From Myxococcota bacterium (GTDB lineage: Bacteria; Myxococcota_A; UBA9160; UBA6930), in assembly GCA_965223415.1 (NCBI GenBank), contig OZ245002.1, forward strand, positions 4,704,001 to 4,768,000: 64,000 nucleotides of DNA. The letters are read 5' to 3'. This document shows positions 8,418 through 17,486 of this stretch, piece after piece; position 1 is the first letter of the stretch, and the number at the start of each line of letters is the position of its first letter. The position numbers were made by a program, and so were the translations under genes. The notes under the pieces are model-generated. The model saw nothing but the letters and a program-made list of their open reading frames with translations. It had not been told where the DNA came from and ran no database searches.

Positions 8418-9463
8418 GCGAGCGCGCGGAAGATCGCGCGGAGCGGATCCGGGCCCTGGGCCTGGCGCTGGGCTTCGACGCGGTCGGCTTCGCCCGCGCG
8501 GAAGAGGCCCCGCGGGCCGACTTCGTGCGCGACTGGCTGGCGCGGGGCCGGGCCGGCGAGATGGATTGGCTTCCGGCGCGGTTCGAGGAGCGGCTCGACC
8601 CGCGCCGCGTGCTGGCCGGAGCGCAGACCGTCATTGCCGTGTCCCTCGTCTACGGCCCCGAGCCCCTCGAGGCGAGCGACCTCCCCGTCGCCCGCTACGC
8701 CCAGGGTGAGGACTACCACGACGTGCTGGGAGACCGGCTGCGCGCCTTCGAGGCGGGTGTGGTGGCGCTGGTGGCGGAGCCCGTGGCGACGCGGGCCTAC
8801 GTCGACACCGGGCCGGTCCTCGAGCGGGAGTGGGCGGCCCGGGCCGGTCTGGGCTGGCAGGGCAAGAACACGCTGCTGATCGATCCGGCCCGGGGCTCCT
8901 ACCTGTTCCTCGGGGTCGTGCTGACGGACCTGGCGCTCCCGCCCGACGAGCCGGAGCCGGACCACTGCGGAACCTGCCGCGCCTGCCTGGACGCCTGCCC
9001 GACCGACGCCTTCCCCGAGCCCTACGTGCTCGATGCCACCCGCTGCCTCGCCTACACGACGATCGAGCTGCGCGGCGCCATCCCGGAGCCGCTGCGCGAA
9101 GCCCAGGGAGCCCGCGTCTTCGGCTGTGACGTGTGCCAGGCCGTGTGCCCGTGGAACGGCCGCACGGGACGCCGCGTGCCGAACGATCCGCTCGGCCTGC
9201 GCGCGCGCCTCGCCCCCCGCGACGCCTGGAAGGCGCCGACCCTGGCCTGGCTGCTGGGTCTCGACGAGAACGCCTGGCGCGCTGCCACCCGTCGCTCGGC
9301 CCTGCGCCGGGCCCGCTTCCGCGGCCTCCTGCGCAACGCCCTGGTTGCCGCCGGCAACAGCGGCGACGCGAGCCTCCGCCCGGCCGTCCACCGCCACGCC
9401 GAAGGCGGCGACCCCCTCCTGGCCCAGCACGCCCACTGGGCCCTGGCCCGCCTCCCCACCTAG
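8414..9463 (+). CDS. queG: Epoxyqueuosine reductase QueG (apparent CTG start)
   Basis: ARYAQGEDYHD, VDTGPVLER, GKNTLLI, CGTCRACLDACPT and GCDVCQAVCPWN. The start is inferred. Confidence 0.92.
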   Translation: MSERAEDRAERIRALGLALGFDAVGFARAEEAPRADFVRDWLARGRAGEMDWLPARFEERLDPRRVLAGAQTVIAVSLVYGPEPLEASDLPVARYAQGEDYHDVLGDRLRAFEAGVVALVAEPVATRAYVDTGPVLEREWAARAGLGWQGKNTLLIDPARGSYLFLGVVLTDLALPPDEPEPDHCGTCRACLDACPTDAFPEPYVLDATRCLAYTTIELRGAIPEPLREAQGARVFGCDVCQAVCPWNGRTGRRVPNDPLGLRARLAPRDAWKAPTLAWLLGLDENAWRAATRRSALRRARFRGLLRNALVAAGNSGDASLRPAVHRHAEGGDPLLAQHAHWALARLPT

Positions 9464-9468
9464 CCAAA

Positions 9469-9550
9469 ACGCAAGACTGGGGACGTTCCTTGCGACTTGC
9501 GTTCTTCGATCGAAGAACGCAAGTCGCAAGGAACGTCCCCAGTCTTGCGT
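9469..9550. repeat. Perfect 82-bp palindrome (REP/REPIN-like) between convergent genes
   Basis: 41-nt arm ACGCAAGACTGGGGACGTTCCTTGCGACTTGCGTTCTTCGA followed directly by its exact reverse complement. Confidence 0.9.
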
Positions 9551-9570
9551 CTCCGTCTCCTCGGCTGGGG

Positions 9571-10107
9571 TCAGGCGGGGCGGCGGGCGGTGAGGTGGGC
9601 CACGGCGAAGGGCTTGGGGTGGGTGGTCTCGCCTTCCCAGTGGCGCAGGATCTGGAGGGTCGGGAAGAGGCTGGGGAGCTCGCTCGGATGGAGGAGAAAG
9701 TCCGGATTTCCGGGGCCATAGCCGAGATCTCTCTGGTGGATCGTGAAGGTCTCGTAGAGGAGCAGGCCGCCGGGTCGGAGTGCTCTGGCCAGCTCGGGGG
9801 CCAGGGGGCGATGGAGGTAGCGGAACACGAGAACGCTTCCGAAGCAGGCCTCCGCAACCGGGAGGTGCGGGGCGGCCTCCAGGTCGGCGCGCGCCGGGTG
9901 GACGGGGAGGGCCTCGGCGCGTGCGGCTCCCGCGAGCTCGCCGAGCGAGTCGGCGTCCCGGTCGAGGGCGACGACCGGAACGCCCCAGCGGGCCACCGCG
10001 AGGGCGTGGCGGCCGCGGCCGCAGGCGATGTCGAGGCAGGGGCCGAGCCGGGCCGCCGCGCGGATCCCGGCCTCGTGGTCCAGCAGCAACGCGGAGGGCT
10101 CGCTCAC
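9571..10107 (-). CDS. Class I SAM-dependent methyltransferase (TehB-like)
   Basis: LDIACGRGRHA, VFRYLHR and LRPGGLLLYETF. GTGA overlap with the upstream gene. Confidence 0.85.
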   Translation of the reverse strand: MSEPSALLLDHEAGIRAAARLGPCLDIACGRGRHALAVARWGVPVVALDRDADSLGELAGAARAEALPVHPARADLEAAPHLPVAEACFGSVLVFRYLHRPLAPELARALRPGGLLLYETFTIHQRDLGYGPGNPDFLLHPSELPSLFPTLQILRHWEGETTHPKPFAVAHLTARRPA

Positions 10108-10898
10108 CCGCCGCCGGCCACCTGCACCAGCCGCGCGGGGAAGTCGCTCATCAGGCCGTCGACCCCCAGTGCGAGGAGGCGGCGCATTTCCGCCGCCTCG
10201 TTCACGGTCCAGACGTGGACGTGGACGCCGCGGGCGTGGGCGAAGGCGAGGAGCTCCGGCGTCACCAGCGGATCGCCGCCGAACGAGGGTGGGACCTGGA
10301 GCGCCATCGGTCCCGCCGGTGGCGCCCCTTCGCCGAGGGCCGCGCGCACGAAGCCCAGCACGTCGCCCACCGAGGCGCCCATCGCCGGCAGGGCGCCGCG
10401 TTTCTCCACAGCGCCGCGCAGCGCGCGCATGGTGGGGTCCTCGGCCGCGGCCAGCAGGGTGATCTCCGCCCGGGGCGCGACGAGGTCGAGGGTCGCCTCG
10501 ATGAGCGGCTCGCTCTCGGCCTTGATCTCCACGTTGATGCGCAGCGCCGGGAACGCTTCGAACAGCTCGCCCAGGGTCGGGACGCGAATGCCCTGGCCCC
10601 GGAACGGGAAGCTGCGCCCGCCGTCCGGCGAGAAGCGGTGGCCCGCATCGAGCGCCCGCAGCTCCGCCAGGCTGTGCTCGGCGACGAGACCCTCGCCGTC
10701 GGTCGTGCGGGCGAGGTCGGCGTCGTGGAACACCACGACCTCGCCGTCCCGGGTGAGGTGCACGTCCGTCTCCAGCGCCGCGACGCCCTGGGCCGCCGCG
10801 CGCTCGAAGGCGGGCAGCGTGTTCTCCGGCCGCTCGCCGCTCGCGCCGCGGTGGCCGAAAAGGAGCGGGTGAGGGGGGCCGAAGTACGGGTGCGGCAT
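10104..10898 (-). CDS. Glycerophosphodiester phosphodiesterase
   Basis: GHRGASG, PENTLPAF, ETDVHLTRDG, HD, NVEIK and WTVN. Confidence 0.92.
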   Translation of the reverse strand: MPHPYFGPPHPLLFGHRGASGERPENTLPAFERAAAQGVAALETDVHLTRDGEVVVFHDADLARTTDGEGLVAEHSLAELRALDAGHRFSPDGGRSFPFRGQGIRVPTLGELFEAFPALRINVEIKAESEPLIEATLDLVAPRAEITLLAAAEDPTMRALRGAVEKRGALPAMGASVGDVLGFVRAALGEGAPPAGPMALQVPPSFGGDPLVTPELLAFAHARGVHVHVWTVNEAAEMRRLLALGVDGLMSDFPARLVQVAGGG

Positions 10899-10966
10899 CC
10901 CGCGTACGGTACCGAACGGCGCGCCGCGCCCTTTCCCCGCGGCGGTACGGTACGCTCCGCCGCCCG

Positions 10967-11479
10967 ATGGCCGTTCTGACCCGCGACGCGATCCTGGCCG
11001 AGATCGATGCCGGCCGGATCCGCATCGAGCCCTTCGAGCCGGACCAGGTCGGCCCGGCCTCCATCGACCTCACCCTGGGCGACGAGATCCGGGTGATCGA
11101 GCCCGGCGACGACCCGATCCGCCTCGAGGCCGACGTCGATTACCGCGACTTCACGCGTCTCCAACCCCTCGATCGTCCCTTCGTGCTGGTGCCCGGCGTG
11201 ACGATCCACGGGATCACTCGCGAGCGCATCACCCTGGCCCCGGACCTGTGCGGATTTCTCGAGGGACGGAGCCGGTTTGCACGCCTGGGCTTGATGATTC
11301 ACGTGACCTCTGCTTTCGTGCAGCCCGGGGTATCGAACCGGCAGGTGCTGGAGATGAGCAACGTCTCCGGCCACCCCCTCGAGATCCACGCCGGCGTGCG
11401 GATCTGCCAGATCGTGCTGCTGCGGGCGGAGGGCCGGGCGGTCTACGAAGGGCGCTTCTCGAGCCAGGACGAGCTGTAG
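10967..11479 (+). CDS. dcd: dCTP deaminase
   Basis: QVGPASIDLTL, EGRSRFARLGL, VLEMSN and RICQIV. Confidence 0.85.
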   Translation: MAVLTRDAILAEIDAGRIRIEPFEPDQVGPASIDLTLGDEIRVIEPGDDPIRLEADVDYRDFTRLQPLDRPFVLVPGVTIHGITRERITLAPDLCGFLEGRSRFARLGLMIHVTSAFVQPGVSNRQVLEMSNVSGHPLEIHAGVRICQIVLLRAEGRAVYEGRFSSQDEL

Positions 11480-11929
11480 TTGCGGGCGGTGGCCCAGCGG
11501 GTGCGCCGGGCCCGCGTCCGCGTCGGGGACGAGACGGTGGCGGAGATGGGCGCGGGGCTGCTGGCGCTCGTCGGCGTGGCCGTCGGTGACGGGCCCGCAG
11601 ACGCCGAGCAGCTCGCCGCGAAGCTCGTGCACCTGCGCGTCTTCGAGGACGACGAGGGCCGGATGAACCGCTCGCTCCTGGACGCCGACGGCATGCTCGG
11701 CCTCGTGTCCCAGTTCACACTCCTGGGCGACGTCCGCAAGGGCCGTCGCCCCGCCTTCACCGAGGCCGCGCCCCCGGAGGAGGCCGAGCCCCTGGTGGAG
11801 GCGCTCGCCGACGCGGCCCGGGCTCTCGGCGCTCCGGTGGTCACGGGCCGCTTTCGCGCTCGCATGGAGGTGGAGCTGGTCAACGCCGGGCCGGTCACGC
11901 TCCTGCTCGACACCCGGAAGGCATTCTGA
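11480..11929 (+). CDS. dtd: D-aminoacyl-tRNA deacylase
   Basis: RAVAQRV, SQFTL, KGRRP and NAGPVT. Confidence 0.93.
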   Translation: MRAVAQRVRRARVRVGDETVAEMGAGLLALVGVAVGDGPADAEQLAAKLVHLRVFEDDEGRMNRSLLDADGMLGLVSQFTLLGDVRKGRRPAFTEAAPPEEAEPLVEALADAARALGAPVVTGRFRARMEVELVNAGPVTLLLDTRKAF

Positions 11930-12074
11930 GCGCCGGATGAACGGCGGCTTGCGGGCCCCCGGGCGCCGGGTGAATGCGGGCTTGCACACACGCGTCCCAC
12001 TTTCGATGCTCACCCCGAGATCGAGATGGGGTTGGCCCCGGCCGCTGGCCGCGCGAGCCGAGAGAGGAGACGAC

Positions 12075-12473
12075 ATGCGAGGAATCGACCGTTCGGCGCG
12101 CCGGGTGGCGCGTGCGGTGCTGATGAGTCTGTGCTTGGTGGTGGCGCCGGTGGCCGCCCAGGCCGAGAGCCCGGCGATGGAGTTTGGCAAGGGCGTCGGC
12201 ACGTTCCTGACCAACGTGGTCTACGGCCCGGCCAAGCTGCTCTACGCGATCGGCGGCGGCACGGTGGCGACGATCGCCTACGCCTTCTCCGGCGGCGACG
12301 AGCAGGTGGCCCGCCCGATCGTGAACGCCTCGCTGCGGGGCGACTACATCCTGAGCCGGGAGCAGATCTTCGGCCCGGAGGAGATCGAGTTCGTCGGACG
12401 CCAGCCGGAGCACGAGCGGGCGCGGGGCGGCGGCTGGGACGTCGCAGCGCCCTCGGAACCGGAAGGCTTCTAG
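12075..12473 (+). CDS. Hypothetical exported protein
   Basis: GAGGAG SD, signal peptide ending AQA, NVVYGPAKLLYA segment. Confidence 0.65.
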   Translation: MRGIDRSARRVARAVLMSLCLVVAPVAAQAESPAMEFGKGVGTFLTNVVYGPAKLLYAIGGGTVATIAYAFSGGDEQVARPIVNASLRGDYILSREQIFGPEEIEFVGRQPEHERARGGGWDVAAPSEPEGF

Positions 12474-12611
12474 GGGCGTAGCCACAGGAGCCCCCGGGGC
12501 TCCCGCTCCGCCTGCCGGACCGGTCGGCCGAAGGGGGCCCTACCTGCGGCCGGCCCTCCCTGCTGGGAGGTGTTGGAAGGTCCGGCCCGGGCTCGTCATC
12601 CTGAGAGGCCC

Positions 12612-13391
12612 ATGGCGGACGGACTCACCCTGGCATCCTTCGGCGCGGCGTTCGGCGCCGGCGTCATCTCGGTGCTGTCGCCCTGCGTGATGCCCCTGAT
12701 GCCGGCCTACCTGTCGCTGATCTCCGGCGTCTCCGTGGAGGAGCTGCGGGACGAGGCGCCGGAGGAGGGCCTCCGGCGCCGCGTCCTGCTCGGCTGCGCG
12801 GGCTTCGTCGGCGGCTTCTCGACCGTCTTCATCCTGCTCGGCGCCTCGGCCACCGCGGTCGGTCGGGTCCTCAACACCTGGCGGGTGGACGTGGCCGGCG
12901 TCGAGATCAGCGCCGTGCAGATCGCCGGAGTCGTCATCATCGCCATGGGCTTGCACCTGATGGGGCTGCTGCCGATCCAGGCCCTGTACCGCGATACCCG
13001 CTTCCACGATCGCTTCACGCCGAAGAGCTGGATCGGCACCTACCTGGTCGGCGCCGCCTTCGCCTTCGGCTGGTCGCCCTGCGTGGGGCCGATCCTCGGC
13101 GGCATCCTCACCATCGCCGGCGCCCGGGACACGGTGGGGCAGGGGATGGCGCTGCTCGCCGTCTACTCCCTCGGCCTGGGTCTGCCGTTCTTCCTGGCGG
13201 GCTGGAGCATCGAGCTGTTCTTCCGGACCCTGCAGCGCATGAAGGCCCACTTCCGCCGCATCGAGATCGCCTCGGGCGCGCTGCTGGTGGCGCTCGGGCT
13301 GCTGGTCGTGACGCGCCGGCTGACCCTCTTGAACGAGTACTTCAGCTTCCTGAATCGCATCGTGGAGACCGCCGAGGGATGGTTGACGTGA
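12612..13391 (+). CDS. ccdA: Cytochrome c biogenesis/thiol-disulfide transporter CcdA
   Basis: SVLSPCVMPLMPAY and FGWSPCVGPILG. Confidence 0.9.
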   Translation: MADGLTLASFGAAFGAGVISVLSPCVMPLMPAYLSLISGVSVEELRDEAPEEGLRRRVLLGCAGFVGGFSTVFILLGASATAVGRVLNTWRVDVAGVEISAVQIAGVVIIAMGLHLMGLLPIQALYRDTRFHDRFTPKSWIGTYLVGAAFAFGWSPCVGPILGGILTIAGARDTVGQGMALLAVYSLGLGLPFFLAGWSIELFFRTLQRMKAHFRRIEIASGALLVALGLLVVTRRLTLLNEYFSFLNRIVETAEGWLT

Positions 13392-13894
13392 GGAAGCTCC
13401 GGCGAGCCGGCCTCGCCCTCGCGGCCTGGGTCGTCCTGGCCTGCGGCGCGCCGCCGGGCGAGACCGATGCCCACGTGGACGACGAGGGCGATCGGGCCCC
13501 GGCCTTCGATCTGGCGACCCTGGACGGGGCGCAGGTCTCCCTGGCTTCCCTCGCCGGCCGGCCGGCGGTGATCGACTTCTGGGCGACCTGGTGCGCCCCC
13601 TGCGTCCGCCAGATCCCGGTGCTGAATGCGCTCCAAGAGGCCCGTGGTGATGCGGTGAGCGTGATCGGCATCGCGGTGGACGCGAGTGGCGCCGAGGTCG
13701 TCGCGCCCTTCGCCGAGGAGCACGAGATCGCCTACACGGTCCTGCTGGGCGACGAGGCCCTGGCCCAGGACTACGGCGCCATCGGCTTCCCGACCCTCTT
13801 CGTCCTGGACGGGCAGGGCCGGATCATCGAGGCCCACGTCGGGATCGTGACGATGGAAGAGCTGGAGGACGCCCTGGAGCGCGCCGGGGTCTGA
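13388..13894 (+). CDS. TlpA/ResA family thiol-disulfide reductase (lipoprotein)
   Basis: FWATWCAPC, GFPTLFVLD, LAC lipobox. GTGA overlap with ccdA. Confidence 0.88.
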   Translation: MRKLRRAGLALAAWVVLACGAPPGETDAHVDDEGDRAPAFDLATLDGAQVSLASLAGRPAVIDFWATWCAPCVRQIPVLNALQEARGDAVSVIGIAVDASGAEVVAPFAEEHEIAYTVLLGDEALAQDYGAIGFPTLFVLDGQGRIIEAHVGIVTMEELEDALERAGV

Positions 13895-13968
13895 GCCCCG
13901 CGGGGGCGCCTGGTGTGCGGGGAAGCCGGCGTCTCAAGTCGCCCCCGGTCTCCGACGAAGGGCAGGGC

Positions 13969-14634
13969 GTGGGCAACCAAGCCGGCCAGGTCCACGAGGA
14001 CACCGGGCTCTCGGTCCGACAGGTTTTCGAGCGCTATCTCGTGCGCGGGGACGTGCTCTTCGACGAAGGCGACGTGGGCGACACGGTCTACGTGGTCCAG
14101 ACGGGCCAGATCGAGCTCACCCGCGACGGCCCGGACGGGCCCCGACTGCTCTCGCGCAAGGGGCCGGGCGACCTGATCGGCGAGATGGACGTGCTGATGG
14201 GCAGCCTTCGCACGGCCTCCGCGCGGGCGCTCGGCGATTCCCGGGTCCTCCAGCTCGACGCCTCCACCTTCGAGGCGATGTGCGTGGAGCAGCCGGAGAT
14301 CGCGATCCGGGTGATCCAGCGGCTGGCGGCACGGGCCAAGAACCTGGAGCGGCGCCTCGCGGCCCTGGGCGGCGATGACCTGCTGCGTCCCGTGGTGCGC
14401 GTGCTGCTGCGCCACGCGCGGCCGGTCTCGGGCAAGAAGGGCATCCGCAGGGTTCCCCTGGCCCTGCGCGAGCTGGCGCGGGAGGCGGGGCTCTCGCTCC
14501 TCGAGACCCACCGCGCGCTCACCCAGCTCGTCGATCGCAAGCTCGTCAAGCTGACGGACGACACCCTCCACGTCCCCGATCAGGAGACCCTGGCGGCCGC
14601 AGTGGAGCCTCCCGACGAGCTGCTCGCCGGCTGA
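13969..14634 (+). CDS. Crp/Fnr family transcriptional regulator
   Basis: cNMP-binding domain (LFDEGD, GDLIGEM, RTASARA) and a C-terminal HTH. Start uncertain. Confidence 0.8.
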   Translation: MGNQAGQVHEDTGLSVRQVFERYLVRGDVLFDEGDVGDTVYVVQTGQIELTRDGPDGPRLLSRKGPGDLIGEMDVLMGSLRTASARALGDSRVLQLDASTFEAMCVEQPEIAIRVIQRLAARAKNLERRLAALGGDDLLRPVVRVLLRHARPVSGKKGIRRVPLALRELAREAGLSLLETHRALTQLVDRKLVKLTDDTLHVPDQETLAAAVEPPDELLAG

Positions 14635-14754
14635 GCCGCCGCGCCGCGGCCCCCGCTGCGGGGTGGTCTTCACCCGCCACTCATCCCCGCGCATTGCCCC
14701 CCGCCGCGCCCCTTCGTTACCGTGGGCGCCGACTGTGGACGGCCGAGGGGGGAA

Positions 14755-17421
14755 GTGCAGGTCCTGCAGCACAAGCGTGCACCGATCGACCGGGGCAGGG
14801 CGCTCTTCCGCCTCCTCGGGGCCGTTCTCGTGGCGGCGCGGGTCCTCTCGGGCCCGGCGGCCTTCGCCCAGGACCTCTTCGCCGGCGGGGAAGACGAGGG
14901 CGGCGCCGATCCCTTCGACATCACCGCGGACACGGTGGAGTTCGATACCGCTCGCCAGGTCTACATCGCCAGGGGCAACGTGCGCCTCGACCAACCGGAC
15001 CGAGAGCTCACCGCCGACTGGATGGTGTTCAGCGACATCACCCGGGAGGGCGTGGCCAGCGGCAACGTGGTGGTGACCGAGGGCGACGACAAGCTCTTCG
15101 CCGACGTCCTCCACTTCGAGGTCGACGATCTCCAGGGCATCGTCTTCCAGGGCAAGCTCGAGACCGGCGGCAACAACTTCCTGGCCACGGGCGACACGAT
15201 CAAGCGTACCGGCGAGCAGGAGTACGTCTTCACCGACGCGGTTTTCACCACCTGTCGCTGTCCGGATCCGAGCGCCCGGGAGCCCTGGCGGATCGAAGCC
15301 GCCGAGGCGGATCTCGAGTTCGGGGGCTACGCCGTCACCAAGAGCACCACCTTCAATGTGCTCGGCGTGCCCATCCTGTGGACGCCGCGGATGTGGTGGC
15401 CCCTCAAGACCGAGCGGCAGACGGGCTTCCTCTTCCCCGTCTTCAACGCGGCGTCGCGCAACGGCTTCGACGTGGGGCTTCCGTTCTTCTGGGCGGCCCG
15501 CGACAACATCAACGTGCTGTTCACGCCCCACTACCTGACGGACAACGGCTTCAAGCCCGAGGGCGAGATCGAGTACGTCTTCGGCGAGAAGTCCGAGGGC
15601 GAGCTCTACGGCACCTGGATCCGCGACGACGACATCAACGAGAACGACATCTCCACGCCCTTCAGCCGGGACCGCTGGGCCGTGGAGTGGCTCCACGATC
15701 ACCACCTGCCGGAGCCCTTCGCCGGATGGCGCTGGAAGGTGGACGGGCGGATCCTCTCCGACAACAACTACGCCTTCGACTACCGCGATTTCTCGAGGAT
15801 CCGCGACGATCGCTACATCGAGTCCGGGACCTTCCTGGAGGGTCGCTTCGACCGCTTCGGCGATCTCCTGGGCCGCGAAGGAGCGGCGGCGACCGGCCGC
15901 TACGGCCTGACGGCAGCGCTCTCCTACGCCGAGGACCAGCAGAACCCGGACGACCAGGATCGGGACGACTTCCTGCTCCAACGCTTCCCGGACCTGCGCC
16001 TCGCCCGCCTGCCCCAGCAGCTTCCCCAGCTGCCGGGCAACGCGGTCTTCTCCTTCGACACCCGATACACGCACTTCTGGGCCCAGGACGACGTCACGGA
16101 CGTCCAGCCCTTCGCCACGGTGGTCGACGACGTCTTCGCCGACACGGGCATCGAGGCCATCCCGGACGGCGACGAGCGGGATCGCTTCGGCCGCAAGGTG
16201 CTCCCGGATGGGACCATCCTGAACGCGAACGGCACCGTGACCACCGCTGCCGAGATCCTGGCGGCGAACCCGATGGCGGATCCGCTCCTCGTGCTGCCGA
16301 CCGGCGACGGCAGCGGCGACAACTTCCCGGGGCCGGAGGGCGACGGTCGCTTCCAGGAAGGCGAGCCGCTGGTGGATCGCGGCCATCGCTTCGTGTTCAA
16401 TCCGCGCCTGGCCTTCCCCTTCCGGGTGGCGGACACCTTCGAGGTGATGCCGGAGATCGGCTGGCACGCCACGCTCTACAACACGGACATGCAGAGCAGC
16501 GAGTTCCGCAACCTGTTCACGGCGCTGCTCGACGTGCGCACCCGGCTGCGGCGGGAGCTCCAGCTGCCGAGCTGGCTGTACGACGGCTCGCCGACCGTCC
16601 ACCTGATGGAGCCGCGCTTCGTCTACACGATGATCGAGGGCAGCGGGCAGGGCGGCCATCCCCTCTTCATCCCCCGGCCGCGGGTGCAGAACGAGCGCCT
16701 GCGGCTGCTCGAGCCGACGAACCGCGTGCGGGACCCCTCGGATCGCATCGACGACGTCCAGGCGGTGACCTTCCTGCTGGGCAACCGCTTCTACCTCCCG
16801 GGTCACGTCCGCGAGGAGCGGGTCGGGCCGCCCCGGCTCTTCGCCGACGTCACCCTGGGCCTCCACCACGACTTCGCGGACAGCGATCTCTCGAGCCTCT
16901 ACCTGGACGGCGTCGCCTACCCCTGGGAAGGCGTCCGCACGCGCTTCAACGCGGGCTTCGATCTGGACGACGCGCAGTTCCGCGAGATGCTCTTCTCGAT
17001 CGGCTACGGGACACCGGAAGGCAACGACTTCCGCTTCTCCTACCGCTACGTCGAGGACGTGCCGCGCTTCTTCGAGAACTTCCGCTTCGACGAGGAGCGC
17101 TTCGAGGATTTCGAGGAGGGCTTCCTCGAGATCAACCAGTTCGACTTCCTGTCACGCATCGCCGTCACCCGCAACTGGGCCGTGACCTACCGGCTCCGCT
17201 ACTCCTTCGAGCAGAGCCTGGCCCTCACCAACCAGGTCGGCGTCGAGTACGTGTCGAAGTGCCTGTGCTGGGCCATCCGTGCCGAGCTCGAGGAGGACCG
17301 CAGCCGCGGCTTCGAGTTCAACTTCCGCTACCGCATCCTGGGGCTCGGTGACGACACGGTTCGCCCCTTCTCCCGCCGCCGCCGCGGCGAGCGCGACCCG
17401 CTGATCGACGAGTCCTCCTGA
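14755..17421 (+). CDS. lptD: LPS-assembly protein LptD
   Basis: ITADTVEFD, ARGNV, FTTC, PWRIEA, ERQTGFLFP, PFFWA and a C-terminal CLCW. Beta-barrel character. Start uncertain (14722-14755). Confidence 0.85.
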   Translation: MQVLQHKRAPIDRGRALFRLLGAVLVAARVLSGPAAFAQDLFAGGEDEGGADPFDITADTVEFDTARQVYIARGNVRLDQPDRELTADWMVFSDITREGVASGNVVVTEGDDKLFADVLHFEVDDLQGIVFQGKLETGGNNFLATGDTIKRTGEQEYVFTDAVFTTCRCPDPSAREPWRIEAAEADLEFGGYAVTKSTTFNVLGVPILWTPRMWWPLKTERQTGFLFPVFNAASRNGFDVGLPFFWAARDNINVLFTPHYLTDNGFKPEGEIEYVFGEKSEGELYGTWIRDDDINENDISTPFSRDRWAVEWLHDHHLPEPFAGWRWKVDGRILSDNNYAFDYRDFSRIRDDRYIESGTFLEGRFDRFGDLLGREGAAATGRYGLTAALSYAEDQQNPDDQDRDDFLLQRFPDLRLARLPQQLPQLPGNAVFSFDTRYTHFWAQDDVTDVQPFATVVDDVFADTGIEAIPDGDERDRFGRKVLPDGTILNANGTVTTAAEILAANPMADPLLVLPTGDGSGDNFPGPEGDGRFQEGEPLVDRGHRFVFNPRLAFPFRVADTFEVMPEIGWHATLYNTDMQSSEFRNLFTALLDVRTRLRRELQLPSWLYDGSPTVHLMEPRFVYTMIEGSGQGGHPLFIPRPRVQNERLRLLEPTNRVRDPSDRIDDVQAVTFLLGNRFYLPGHVREERVGPPRLFADVTLGLHHDFADSDLSSLYLDGVAYPWEGVRTRFNAGFDLDDAQFREMLFSIGYGTPEGNDFRFSYRYVEDVPRFFENFRFDEERFEDFEEGFLEINQFDFLSRIAVTRNWAVTYRLRYSFEQSLALTNQVGVEYVSKCLCWAIRAELEEDRSRGFEFNFRYRILGLGDDTVRPFSRRRRGERDPLIDESS

Positions 17422-17486
17422 GCCGTCTGGCGTCCCCCGCGGGGGTCTGCTAGGAACGGGGTTTCCCCGCATTCGCTGGACGCATC

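Noticed and set aside
12474..12611. GGGGCGTAGC... with hairpins, tRNA/ncRNA-like start
   Set aside because: No cloverleaf, T-loop or recognisable riboswitch; only short GC hairpins.
17422..17486. Trp attenuator upstream of trpE
   Set aside because: Only 65 nt; no start codon with Trp codons and no U-tract terminator.
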